The notes under the pieces: generated by a model
The model's database searches: none
Told to the model about the DNA's origin: nothing
Seen by the model: the letters and a program-made list of their open reading frames with translations, nothing else
Origin: Ostrea edulis
Taxonomy: Eukaryota
Assembly (NCBI RefSeq): GCF_947568905.1
Contig: NC_079170.1
Location: 84,754,001 to 84,818,000 of the forward strand
DNA: 64,000 nucleotides
Reading direction: 5' to 3'
Program-made: the position numbers and the translations under genes
Part shown: positions 13,201-24,994 of the stretch, one piece after another
How the letters are laid out: every line of letters starts with the position of its first letter
Numbering within the stretch: the first letter of the stretch is position 1

Positions 13201-15130
13201 GGAATGACGTAGTCGCGAACATAAGTTTGTTTACAGTAAAGCTTGAATGAACATTAACTATAGATCCAGCAATGTATATAAGAAATTTAAATGATCAAGT
13301 TTCATTACACACTTAATTCAGCACAGTAACAAAAAACAACATTTCTATGGATATCTCTATCATTCAAATATTAATCATGTGTTAATTACTTTATTTTGAA
13401 AAGGGATACTGAGGATTAATTATAAAGCAGATCCCCACTACAATCGGCAGATTTCGGCAGATTCTGGTGCCATATACTACATCTAACCTCAGATGTATGA
13501 TATGAATTGATACGCCTAGCTAACACATGCAATGAGGTCGTCTATTTACTCTCCCGAAAAAAATTCCGGTGTTAGAAAGTAGCAATCAAAATATTTTTTT
13601 AAATGAATTTATCGAGTTTTCCTTGGAAAACAACCCTTTATTTTAAGAAGAAAAAAAAAACACCACCATAATTCTCAAAGAAAAATAGTTACAAACATTG
13701 AAAGTGTTGTATGTTAAGATGGACATATATATTTCGAGGGAGCTGTCAGTAGTTCCAGTTGAACATTGACGTTAACCCCAGAAATTGTAAACATAGGATA
13801 TAACTTGCTGTACTTTTCGGATCAAATCATAAAGATCTCCATAATAAATAATTAACATACACATATAGCTATACATAGCTTATTCAAAAAGTTTAACATA
13901 TTTAAGACATCAACAACAAAAAGACAAAAGTGTGTTTGCGGTTACCTGATCAACCGTAAATTTTCTCCCGACCCTAATTTTCTGGATAAATTCCAGCCCT
14001 TAAATTATTTACTTTGTTTCATGATAAGTTCGGGCTCGATATTCAAATTATCTGTAAAGGTCTAGACCTACAATATAAACAACAACCACTGAGCTTCGCG
14101 AGCGTAGCCATCGAGCACTCGTTACACATTGTAGAACTGCCGACTCCTGTGCTGCAAGTAAATCAACACAGATATACATGCAATTATGTATTAATTTAAA
14201 ATAGGTTAAAATCGGTTGTTAAAATGTGATTGTTTGGTTTATTTTAGTAATACTAATTTTACCTAATACTGAACACTTGATGCTACATGTCAGTATCCAC
14301 AAATGTACGCATCATGTACAAGTTTCTTCCTCATGTAGTGATACGGGGCAATATTTCTTTTTTCAAGATTTAGTCGGAAACACACCTATTTTTTTTGTTG
14401 TTGACCTAATATAAAAACTGTCAATTAATCATAACTTACCATTATAGCATATGATAAAGTCAAAATGATACAGTGATAATCTGAAAACTCAAAACTTATT
14501 GCAGAATCTTCATTTACGTTTAAGGTTGACCACCATTTTCCTGGTCGTCTTATCTTCCTCCACCTGCTTCCTCAGTTCTTCTTCATAATGTAGGTCATTT
14601 TCAGGGTCCATTGATTCGTGACGTAGGAAATCCACCGCCTTTTCATATTTGTTTCTATTCATGAGGAAGGCATCCAGATCCACCATTGTTGATCTAATGG
14701 TGGACCAGATGGAGTTAAAGTCTGTGTTGGACATGGATGGATCACATGAGTGAACACAACGATTCCGGACCAATCGAATCCTCTCGATGTTGGCAGAGAG
14801 ACTCGTGTCATGGGGGTCGGGATCGTTGCCCCAGCCCTTGGAGTGAGGAGATATGTTGCTTATGTTTCTCAATAGGATATACAATAATGAGATGTCCATG
14901 TCATTGTAGACTCCCATATAACCCCCATTCTTAGGTAAAATTAGGTCACGTTGAACAGCCGTCAGACGAGGAAGATTGAGTTTGTTTTGTTTGATGACAT
15001 GATGGAATGTGTATGGTGGAACCTTTTGACGCAGTAAGTCACGTAGACTATCTGTACAGGGACCAAGTACAACTCGACATGCTCTGTTTGCGTTCGTTGT
15101 CTCTGGTTGTGATGCATATAAACTCGCCAT
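1641..15130 (-). CDS. Spliced gene, 5 coding exons, predicted 1769 aa: HEPN (DZIP3-like) - linker - STAND NTPase (nSTAND3-like) - ~21 ankyrin repeats
   Basis: Exons 15130-14518, 12347-12306, 11055-11014, 8150-8103 and 6205-1641, all bounded by GT/AG with phase-1 introns. They sum to 5310 nt with no internal stop. HEPN motif RNRCVH at 14767-14750, Walker A GVPGSGKS at 6089-6066, Walker B VFVIDD, ankyrin consensus TPLIAACxxGHVSIVxxLVKAGADVN. Confidence 0.85.
2235..4297 (-). repeat. Coding 99-bp tandem array (about 21 ankyrin repeats)
   Basis: 33-aa repeats visible at DNA level, with near-identical units at 99-bp and 198-bp period (e.g. 3121 vs 3319). Confidence 0.95.
6738..7822 (+). mobile_element. 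Helentron/HINE-type non-autonomous element carrying ~166-bp satellite-like repeats (intron 4)
   Basis: 5' box caagggtcccatcggccacattgatcacctg, internal ttgatcccctattgtggcccc repeats (7283, 7449), 3' box gatcagaaaatctcactt...gttgagctaaaa. Confidence 0.75.
8103..8150 (-). CDS. 48-nt symmetric exon (DKLEKLTKSPIPQNVR)
   Basis: Strong polypyrimidine acceptor tttattttctttgtttctag|, donor |gtatat. Phase 1/1 and joins in frame to the large exon. Confidence 0.8.
8704..9335 (+). mobile_element. 3'-truncated HINE-type element, same family
   Basis: 5' box aacaagaggtccattggccacattgctcacc, 160-172-bp internal repeats (8791, 8951, 9123). Confidence 0.75.
9337..10990. repeat. 38-bp minisatellite, about 40 copies (intron 3)
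   Basis: Unit catcttatcaacatacaaacatataagtatatactgta (e.g. 9670, 9708), interrupted near 10789-10822 by a Penelope-type terminal fragment. Confidence 0.97.
11014..11055 (-). CDS. 42-nt symmetric micro-exon (GKIEETTKKARILE)
   Basis: Acceptor ctgtttacag|, donor |gtacat, phase 1/1, open, helical/charged composition. Confidence 0.75.
12306..12347 (-). CDS. 42-nt symmetric micro-exon (RRIEQNGEGDRRLD)
   Basis: Acceptor tttttacag|, donor |gtacag, phase 1 at both ends, open in the required frame; paralogous to the 11014-11055 micro-exon. Confidence 0.65.
14518..15130 (-). CDS. Coding exon 1: DZIP3/hRUL138-like HEPN domain
   Basis: ORF with DISLLYILLRN, GWGxxP and ERIRLVRNRCVH motifs. Donor C|GTAAAT at 14518/14517. 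An upstream acceptor (ccccaacag| at 15157) implies a further 5'UTR exon. Confidence 0.85.
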
Positions 15131-15212
15131 GACCTTCTATCAAGTCGGGGCACTAATCTGTTGGGGAAATGAAAACATGAATATGGTATTATGTACTTGT
15201 TGTCTCTATTTA

Positions 15213-15786
15213 CAGTGATCCCCCGTTATATTGCTCCCCGTTATAATGCCACCCCCGCATATCGCCAAAAAAGTTAAAAATCCCGTTTTCCTCGCTATGT
15301 AGACCCCCGTCATATTGCCATCCCCCGCATACCGCCATCCGTCAACCTATTTACAGGTACGATTTTGTTAACTATCATTATAATCACCCCGCTAATTATC
15401 GCCAATCAACAGCAGGAAAATTTCATTGAGCAGGCTTAGGCAATTTTCCGCTATTAGTCCTCAAGGTATCAACGTTTGTAGTAGATAAAATTATAATCAA
15501 CTGAGTTCAGATATGCTGTATTGTTTTTGAAATCTCAGTTTGGCGTATACACCGAAGTCTAAGCGTGTTGGACATAAAACAAAAACTAGAAATCATTAAA
15601 TACTCCTACCATTACGAATCATTTATAACCACTGGACGCCGTAATTATCCAGGCATTCAAAGCACGATGTAGTAAATAAAAATTGTTTGGTTTTTTATGA
15701 CAGCTGTATACACATACTCCCACCCCCGATATAATACCAAAATTGCCGAGGTACAAATGTTGGTGTTATATAACGGGGGATCACTG
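15213..15786. mobile_element. Tc1/mariner-pogo (Tigger-like) MITE, 574 bp
   Basis: Perfect 19-bp TIR CAGTGATCCCCCGTTATAT and TA target duplication (15211-12, 15787-88). Confidence 0.9.
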
Positions 15787-16093
15787 TATACGTATGTATG
15801 GTATGATTATTGGACAGAGCAAGTCATGAAAAGCTCATTGGTGTGTCTTAAGCGATAACCATATAATTCGTTTAGAATCAGTTAGAATTCAATTAAAAGT
15901 TTATATCATTTTTGAAATTCCTCTTGCTCTAAATGCCCAATAACATTTAAAAATCAAGGGGGGGGGGTGAGGGTACTTAGAGGATCTGCATATTCATTTA
16001 ACGTGGGAAATATGACGTCAACAGACGAAAACCATGCATTGTGACGTCAAATTTAACATGTACTTTTTTCTTTGAAATCAAAGACTTATTAAC

Positions 16094-16445
16094 AACAAGA
16101 CGCCCATGGGCCACATCGCTCACCTGAGTCACTTTGGCTGATATCTAAAGATTTTTCCTATATATTCGCATGTAAAACTTTGATCCCTATTATGGCCCCA
16201 ACTTACTCCTGGGGATCATGGTCTTTAGAAACTTAAATCTGCACTTATGTCAGTAAGCTTTCATGTAAACATAAACTTTTCTGGCCCAGTGATTTTTTAG
16301 AAGATTTTTAATGATTTTATGTAAATTTTGACCCCGTATTTTGGCCCCACACCCAGGTGTCATGAGTTTAACAAACTTGAATCTGCACTATGTCAGGAAG
16401 CTTTCATGTAAACATAAACTTTTCTGGCTCACTGATTTTTCAGAT
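16094..16445 (+). mobile_element. Truncated HINE-type element
   Basis: 5' box aacaagacgcccatgggccacatcgctcacctgag followed by two satellite-like units. Confidence 0.7.
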
Positions 16446-17780
16446 GACCAGACATTTGGTCTGAAATAATACAAAATTTTACCGGACCAACCCATTTTAC
16501 TGGACATGTCCGACTGCAAAGACATTTTACTCACAGTCTGCATGAATATAATGCAGTAGAAAGTCACCGTGTCCCCTTTAGAATAGATTGAGTACTCCAT
16601 TGATATCTGCATACACATGCATATATCATTTGCTCTGAAATTGCCAAATTGTTTTTATAATACTGCATGACAAAGTACCCAGTTTGATTTTTAAAAAGGT
16701 GGTTCACTACACTTTGAAAAAGTTTCTCAAATCAGCACAACATGATTTAATTATGAAAGATATGGTGATACCGGTATACAATAAGTGCATATGTCAAAAA
16801 GGCAGAAATTATACAATTTTGTTTTATAAAAATGATTTTCAAAAATTTATTTCCATAATTTTATATGAGCAAACCACTCTCAGACTGGTAAATTTGAACT
16901 AGCGACCAGCAGTTTACCAGCCCTATGCTTTAACCATAGAGCTACATGTATGATAAACAACCAAAGTGATTGACACAAACAATATCACAAAACATAAAAA
17001 TCACCATCTTGTGCATGTGACATGTCATAAGAAGTACAAGGCCAAGCCTAATGGTGTAGTGAACTAACTAGAATATGGTACATATATACCTTTAAAATTA
17101 CGTCCTTGAAGTTTATAAATGCAGTCTTGTGCCAACTTCATCAACATGCAAGTAATGTGCCACACACGTGAGAAACCTTAGCTGAAAATCCACAATACTA
17201 TTAAAAATAATTGTTGGTTTAGCTTTGCAAGACCACATTAAGATATCACAAAATAGGACTGATTTCCATGTCACCTGCCGCGAGTTCTTTTGATATAGTA
17301 AATGAAGTAATCCGAAGTCAAAATCAGTGAGTGTGTAAATAATTCTTGGTTACAACATTAATTTAGATATCACATGATAGGACAGATTTTCTGAGTTGTG
17401 TTTTGATAAATGAAACCGAAGGTATTTAATATTCATGTTTAAAACATATATAAAAAGTTCACTTGAATGCCAAATCCATGTCAGAAAAAACAATGTACAC
17501 ATGTATCATTTACAGTTCATTCTAGAATCTCTTCCACTTTTAGCATTTCAAAATATCAATTAAACATGTTAAAGCGAACGGGTCCTTTTATTCTATTCAA
17601 GCTTTAACTTAATCAGTTAATTTTCTGTTTTCAAAGTAAAATTAATTGCGACAAAAATAGTCTGATAATGCAAAGAATATATCACATGTTAATTATTTTT
17701 TCATCCCAGAGTTTTGTTTCAGGTCATTTTTTCGTAATATCCCACCATCGGTCTCCACAAAAAAAAAAACCAAAAAAAAA

Positions 17781-18425
17781 CAAACCATGAGGCTCATGGA
17801 CCACATCACTCAACTGAATCACTTTGGCCCTGCAATATTTATTCCCGTGAAAAATGTTAATCCTATATATTGTGACCCCATCTTTGCACCAAGGAATCAC
17901 AACTGAACATGGAAACAATGCCATATAACACAGAGCTGCCTCAACACCAATATGACTAATATGATCTTGCTGTTCTGGAAAAGACCAACGTCACAGGGTC
18001 ATATATCATGATATCATATGAAAGACAATACAATAAGAGATTTATACACAAACCACGGAAGCTCTATATTGAATAGGTCAGATTTTTATCAAAAGTAGGT
18101 CAAACGTCCAGATCAATGTCAAACAGCAAAGTAAAGTGTATAACTTTTTAGTCTTGCCATAAAGGAATCTATATACAAGATATGAAAGTCCTACCTGAAA
18201 TAGTTCAGGAAATATTGAATAGGTCAGGCTTTTATAAAAGTAGGTCAAACTACAAGGTCAAAAGATCAAGCACCATTGTGTTATAAGGTCTTGACATATA
18301 ATAGTTTGATTGAAATTGGCCAAGTTGTTCTGGAATGGAAGGTGAAAATGTGGAAAAATTTACGGACATACATAAGGTGATCAGAATATAGCTCACATGT
18401 GCTTTCAGCTCAGGTGAGCTAAAAA
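17781..18425 (+). mobile_element. HINE-type element with a different central region
   Basis: Degenerate 5' box and an intact 3' box gatcagaatatagctcacatgtgctttcagctcaggtgagctaaaa. Confidence 0.6.
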
Positions 18426-19504
18426 AAACATACCTACCAAACCAGCAGTTTCAGGTGTGGGCCAGCAACGCCAAATCAACAATTATTCAATTGAGGCCAG
18501 TGTAGATTAATATTCTACGAAAAAGATATTTCACAACAAAATGTCGCACATTTAGAGGTTTGCTTTAAAATAATGTTATGCACAAAATGGGAATTTTCAA
18601 AAGCTAGCATGTTTGTATACATAGCTGCAGATCATTAGCACCCTGTGAAATCAGGGACAGCTACGTGTACATGTAAATGTTGTGTGGGGAAAAATGAAAA
18701 AAGAATTGAAGACTCGTGTTTTTCACCTCGGCAGAGATTTTGCTACTGTAACAATGTCGTGCCACCAAACTTTCTCAGAGTTGTCTCACTTGAGTTGAGA
18801 TTTGACAAAATAGTTTGATCAACATGTTTTTGAACATTGTTACAAGGGACCCATGCAATTACTTTCAATAAAATCCACTTTCACTTTGTTGTTAACATTA
18901 ACTACAACACTTTAGCGTGTGCTTTACATGTAATTTTCGAATCATCCAATGACGTCACGTATAGAAGCACAGTAACCTAAAGTATGGACACTACTACCCC
19001 TCCCCCCCCCCCCCCCCGCGCCTTTTAGATTTTTTTATTGCAACGATGTTTTTCCGTATTTCTGTGGATTCTTGTAATAATTAAGCTATGCATGTAGCTG
19101 AAATCAAGATATTGTGCTGGACCTATGTCTCTCTGTACATAAAAATGTTACATCACCTCATTTTGGAATACCACACGTGCTGGGATTTTATCAGATGAAT
19201 ACACATTTAAAGCTATACACAGATTTGTATTCATATGCTAAAACCCAAGCATCTGTGTGGAATGTGTGTTTTTTCAAATCTCTAAAGGTTCTTTTTAATC
19301 AAACCGAGAAAGTAGAAATTGTATATATTTCGTTCTTTTTCCATTGATAAATTTACCTTATTGTATCGTCTTTGATAACTGTATGTCGCTTTGTCATAAA
19401 CAGTCAGTTCCCTGTGTTCTTCTCAAATTTCTGATCGCTAACATGGTCAAGAAACTTAAAAATATTTCAGGTTGAACCACGCCCATCGTTGTCGCCTAAA
19501 TGAT

Positions 19505-19590
19505 CATTCTCTCACCAGAGGGCGCGTTACGCAAGCTTCACATACACAAAGTGTAGTGCGAGGAGCGCACGGAACTCTGGGTAGAGAATG
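19505..19590. mobile_element. 86-bp MITE with 9-bp TSD (Mutator-like)
   Basis: TIR cattctctcaccagag / ctctgggtagagaatg (14/16); identical flanks CTAAATGAT at 19496-19504 and 19591-19599. Confidence 0.85.
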
Positions 19591-20718
19591 CTAAATGATA
19601 CACACCGTGTATATTCGGGTTTTTCCATGGGTGGTTGTAAAAGTAGTTCCGGTATAATCGTGATGTCTGTCGCAAATGTTCAGTGTCGCATAGGGAAAAT
19701 AGCTACTCAAATCACTGGCTTCTGCGGTAGGCGGTAAATCTAGTACTGCCGACTCCCGGTGATCCCGGATTGCGATATCTTATAGATAATATTAAAACAG
19801 GCGAACAGAATAACTTCATATTTCTCGGGAACAATCTTTATGTCCAAATTGATTCACACAATTAAAAAAAGAAAACAATAATAATAAGAATAAATTCTTA
19901 AACTTGAAATATCGCCTACTCAAAGCGGTAAATCTAATACAAACTCCAGTCAGCTCAGTATATTACGCTACGCTAAAACTCCAATATCCTTATTCGTAGG
20001 GGAAAGTAGTCCCGGAGAATTGACACTGTACGGAGTTTGAATCTAGCACTGTGTTATAAACACAAAAACCGAAAACGGACACCAATACAGATACGGTTAG
20101 CAAACATATAGATATAACACAATATGATCCAAAGAAAAATACCATTAAAATGGAAACAAATTACTTTTAAAAATCTATAAAATTTACCATTATTAGGCAT
20201 TTTTGTGTTTCTAATTTATTACAGAACTCATAGCCACATAAATTATTTATTTTCCCGACTCTACGACGTGGACGTTGTTCTACCGCAGAGCCCTCATTAC
20301 AAATTGAATTAAATTTGATGAATTTTAGTTAAGCATTTATTACTAATTGTCTTGAGGAAGTATTCCATTTTACACATTGCTCGATTTGTTATGGTTTTTA
20401 AGTTAAACGTACTAAATTATGTGTTCTGTTTTGGTCTATGTACGTTTATTTATCGCAAACAAATAATTCTATTTAAGAATAAAAATAAAAGATACGGTAT
20501 TTGATTATTTTTTTATAATAACAGAAAATATTCAAAATGTATGTGAGTTTGTTGATATATGATTTTAAACAATGTTTTGATTATTTAATTAACAGTTATC
20601 GAACGAATTCTGAGCTTTCATGCAAATTTTAATCATTAGAAAATCAAGATAAATTGATTTCTTATTGTACATGTGGAAGTGGTCCTTCAAAATTCTTATT
20701 AGATTTTGTTTTGCTGGG

Positions 20719-20720
<2 letters not shown>

Positions 20721-20775
<55 letters not shown>

Positions 20776-20896
20776 CACTAAAGTTCCAACAACATCCGAT
20801 ACCTCAAAGTGTCGGATCACAACATGGATACAAGGTCAAATACAAAAAACTATACAAAGCATTAAAATGACCAACGACACGAACAACCAATCTGGT

Positions 20897-20927
<31 letters not shown>

Positions 20928-20960
20928 ATGTATATATATATATAGATATATATATATATC
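20721..20960. repeat. (TA)n and (TA/GATA)n microsatellites
   Basis: Runs at about 20721-20773 and 20898-20960. Confidence 0.95.
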
Positions 20961-22606
20961 AGTAGTATAGTAGGTTGTATGAGGTTAGTAAACAATAGCC
21001 CTATTGTTCTCGAGAACAATAGAAATTGGTTTTTCCGGTTATTTTTAGATATGATCTATTGATAACCGATCTATTAATGGACGGGGGTTTTCCGATTATT
21101 TTTAGATAATGTATTGTTCTTGAGAAGAATGGACAGGTTTATATAACAGCTTCGATCTAATTATGGGATCGATGAATCGAGGAGATGCTACAGGGGGAGT
21201 GAACAAAAACACCGCCAGATCAAGGTGTCAGTGGAAGAAATCAAATAACAAAGCCATTAATCCAATGTCATTCAAAGGCTGTATTGAGATTCAATATTAA
21301 TTTCAAGCAGATGATATAGGACCATCGCAATGGAACCGAAGATATGCTACGTAAAATTCAATGAGGTATTGTTATATTATGCAAGTGGCGGTATCAGATA
21401 ATCCAAGGGGCTCCGAGCGAAGAAACTTGACACTTATTTTACTTTAATGCGTCGATGAATATACCTGTATCTGTCAGAGACAATGGTAATAAGAAATAAA
21501 AAAGCAAGTACATTTTTTCTTTAATTTTGTATTCGGTTTCAAGGTTACAGTCATGATCTTTTTTATTTTCAAAATAATATTACTGTGGAGTAACATTTTT
21601 TTTAATTGCATCTAATTAACGAAGAGATCCCATAATAACTAATTTTTAAAATTACTTTTACATTAACCAGTATTCAAATTTGATACCAAAAACACGAAAG
21701 AAAAAAAATACTTGTTTACTTAGTCAATCTATTAATTATATAATACTCACTACTTGTGAGTAATCATTGATCTCGTTTGGATGGGTGACCGTGGCGGGGA
21801 TGGGAGTTGTCCGTCTGAAAGGGCGAAGTGCGCAAACTTTACACAAGTGTCTTCTTCAACGTTGCCCATCTGAAGAATATATATATTTAAGACATGTAAG
21901 TCACAGATTAAAGTGCAAGAGTCACTTTAATATTTTTTTTATTATAATGATAATTTAAAAAACTGTTTACCTCCACATCGTCTGGCGGCGTAGTATTCCT
22001 CCGCCTGTGAGATGTTCTGGCCCTCCGTACCGGGGTGCGACACTCCACGGGTAATCGGCGGATGCACTACCGGAGGGCCCACCCCAGTACCAGGAGGGCC
22101 AGGGCCGACGCCCTCATACCATACGCTTCCGTGACTAAAAATAAATCAAAAAATTAAATGAATTATGAACAAAGTCTTAATTTATCTCATTTAAAAAGTA
22201 TGTTCAATATGACTGACATGTATTTACTGTTCCCACAAGTATGATTGATATATCAAATTATTTTGTGAATGACATTTTTCCCCATTTAATACCACATATT
22301 CTTCTTTCTCGTTACAAGTGTATATATCACAAATTTACTTACATGGACTACAGCAACATGATAACATCATTTCATGCACATACAGCATTTATAATGAAAA
22401 TAAAATATAGATGATCAAGACAAATGAAATGAAATCAAAGAAAAAAAAACATGCAATATGATGTGACAAGAGTTAGTTAACGTTTAATGCCTGAACTAAA
22501 AATACAAAGTCATGCGTAGATATAACCCACCTCCCCCCATATAATAATGAATGAGTAAAGTAATCTAATAATCAAGATGGATATTATTACATTTATTGCA
22601 TGCACT

Positions 22607-22920
22607 GTTAGTTCCCGAGAGTCTCTACAGCCCAGTAGCTAAGTACTTCGTTACTAGCTTGGAAATACGGGTGTATATTTAATTGCTGTTATAAATTTAG
22701 AAATTCATTTCAAAATTAAGGATTATCTCCCTCATGTATAGCTCTTATCCTTAAACAAATTTGACTCCACTTTTTGGCACACTGTTTTTCCCTATAAAAG
22801 CTCTAAAACGTCATTGTTATTTCGAATTTCAAACATTTGGGTTGAGTATCACTGAAGAGACATTATTTGTCGAAATGCGCATCTGGTGCATGAAAATTGG
22901 TACCGTATAAGTTTCACATG
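22607..22920 (+). mobile_element. Penelope-like terminal repeat (pLTR-like) fragment carrying a hammerhead ribozyme
   Basis: Contains the HHR below; overall sequence resembles bivalve Penelope-like termini (from memory). Confidence 0.6.
22846..22889 (+). ncRNA. Minimal type I hammerhead ribozyme
   Basis: Stem I GUAUCA/UGGUGC, core CUGAAGA, stem II GACA-UUAUU-UGUC, GAAA, stem III AU/AU with palindromic GCGC loop, cleavage triplet AUC (C at 22883). Confidence 0.8.
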
Positions 22921-23289
22921 CAAATACAAAAGAAAAAGCAAGGATATACTTTGTGATGAGGTACACGTGTCCTCAAGGTAAGTTTAACAATAGCGAAAAA
23001 GTTTCTTATTGTCCTTTGTTTTCTATATCATCTGGAAAACTCTAAAGATCCGATAGTAAAGAAACACAAGACCCGTTTGGAATTTTTAATCGGTGCTCAC
23101 TCATGTTTCTTACCATATGTCCATAACAAATTCTTTTTTCAAATCATGTATTTTGTCGATAAACACACAGTATAACAATTAAGGAGTTCAGTTATGATTT
23201 AGATTAGGATGGCAAATATTTTAGTCTTGCGTTTGGATTTGATATAGAAAAGTGACTCAAAGAGAAGTATCTTGATACTTATTTCTCCT

Positions 23290-24240
23290 TTATGCGTAGA
23301 TGAATTGACCTTTAGTGTAGTGACAGTGTCGTCTCTTGATATCACTTGAAAGAATATGTGTAGAGGTACAGATACACGACCTCTCTGCTGTGCACATGTA
23401 GTTTCCTAAGTGAGTGGAGACGACGTCAGTTCGGGGATGAGGACATTTATAGATGTCTTCTTTTCCTAGATTGATGATGACCAACTTTACCAGTGAAAAC
23501 GAAATGTGTTTTTCGTGGTTTTGTGGGATGCAATTAATATTCTTACGTTTTTCTTTTCGAATGGCACTCATGATTTGGTGAGTGTCATATCCTTTCAGAT
23601 TGGGATTCGCTCACGCAACTGATAATTCAGGTTACATACATTGTGTGCAGCACCACGACATTTTCCCATCACGTGGCAATTATCTCGAACGATAGTTTCA
23701 TCATCCTCAAATTCCTTATTGCAGATCCGTGAAATATACAATCCATGAAATTAATCACTTGTGCAGCATTTCAATTTCCTCATCACCGACATGGTCAGAT
23801 GTAAATCATATCCTCTGTGATCATGGGGGGATAAACAAATAAACGAAATTACTTAAAAAGTGATTAAATAGGTATAAACAGAAAGAAAGAAGGAATCTCC
23901 CTTTGCTTCAAGTTGAGATTAAAGGCATTGTGGGCTGATCCTAGGAATATCCCAGTCATGTGTTTAAATCTTAGTTGCATATGTGAAATGCCGAGGTGGA
24001 AGGGCTTCGCTTACTACTGTTTCTTTAGTATCAAAGCCATAAGAATGAAAACAAAAAGTACCCGTAAAGATAGATAAAACTTTATTCCTCTTATCTTGAG
24101 CAATGCTTCTTTCAATATGGATATTATTTTCTCTTCACAGGATTTGAGGAAGGTTAAGGGGTCGAATCTTGTTTGATCATCGGCAGGTATTCTTGTTTCT
24201 TGAGGTCTCCTCTGTCCTCTCTATTAAACTGTTTACCGCC
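23290..24240 (-). pseudogene. Degenerate Polinton/Maverick-type protein-primed DNA polymerase B (endonuclease VII-containing type)
   Basis: Across frameshifts: ICNKEFEDDETIVRDNCHVMGKCRGAAHNVCNLNY (Endo VII-like), NLKGYDTHQIM (Exo II), INCIPQNHEKHISFS, and a degenerate GVYPYEY-like stretch. Upstream DPLTFLKSCEEKIISIL. Confidence 0.75.
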
Positions 24241-24320
24241 AACTCTACATGCGTACTCATGATGTTCAATAACTGTTGGATTGTTCAAATACATTAATAT
24301 TAAATTCTAATGTTCCTCTT

Positions 24321-24692
24321 TTACTCCGAGACTCGGAACGTTTGCAGGCAGACGAGACACTTGTACATTAGGAGACAGGGAGCGGTGTCTTTCTCGTTCA
24401 CAGTCTTATGTCTTCGGTAACACCCCGGAGAGCGACACGTCCGATTACAGTCTCCACACGGGAGTTTTTCACCCTTCCTGCAGTTGTAGGACAAACACAC
24501 GTTGGAATGTTTCACATAGTTATGTCGGTGGGGGTTTTCATATGACACCAGACAGTGTTCATAGAAATGTACATGGGTGAAAAACCCCGTAATGTTGGGG
24601 ATTTGTGAAAGTGCTTTGGGATGAAGAAATCTAATACTTATGCATTGATGGATATATACCTTATTTGACAGATAGTTTCTCTTTTCAAGCAA
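24321..24692 (-). pseudogene. Cys-rich N-terminal fragment of a second pPolB lineage
   Basis: ITGFF...HCLVSYENPHRHNYVKHSNVC...CGDCNRTCRSPGCYRRHK, homologous to 32740-32860. Confidence 0.7.
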
Positions 24693-24994
24693 ATGAATTT
24701 AAAAAATGTGTATTCAGGTATTTGTACCCAACTTACTGGTTATGGAAAAAAAGTTTTACTGTAGAAGTAATAAATTTAATTTATATTCTAATTAACACAG
24801 AGGCAACATTTACCACTGACAATTAACATATTTAGAATAGGATACGAGATTATGTATATATATTATTGAAAGTTGATGTGATTTTGTACAGAGAAAAACC
24901 TCTGTTTAGTTTTCTTGAAGAATTGATGCAATTTTAAATATTTCATAACTCTGTGGGGATCTTTAGTCATTGAAGAAATTATTTTTTGTCGTAT

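Noticed and set aside
14510-15130. Stand-alone 206-aa HEPN protein as in the ORF track
   Set aside because: The stop lies 6 nt inside an intron after a good donor (C|GTAAAT), and in-frame splicing to downstream exons explains it better. An intron-retained short isoform cannot be excluded.
20654-21019. ORFs with IYIYIY runs (also 49588-49797, 50012-50242)
   Set aside because: Translations of (TA)n, (CA)n and (TCTA)n microsatellites.
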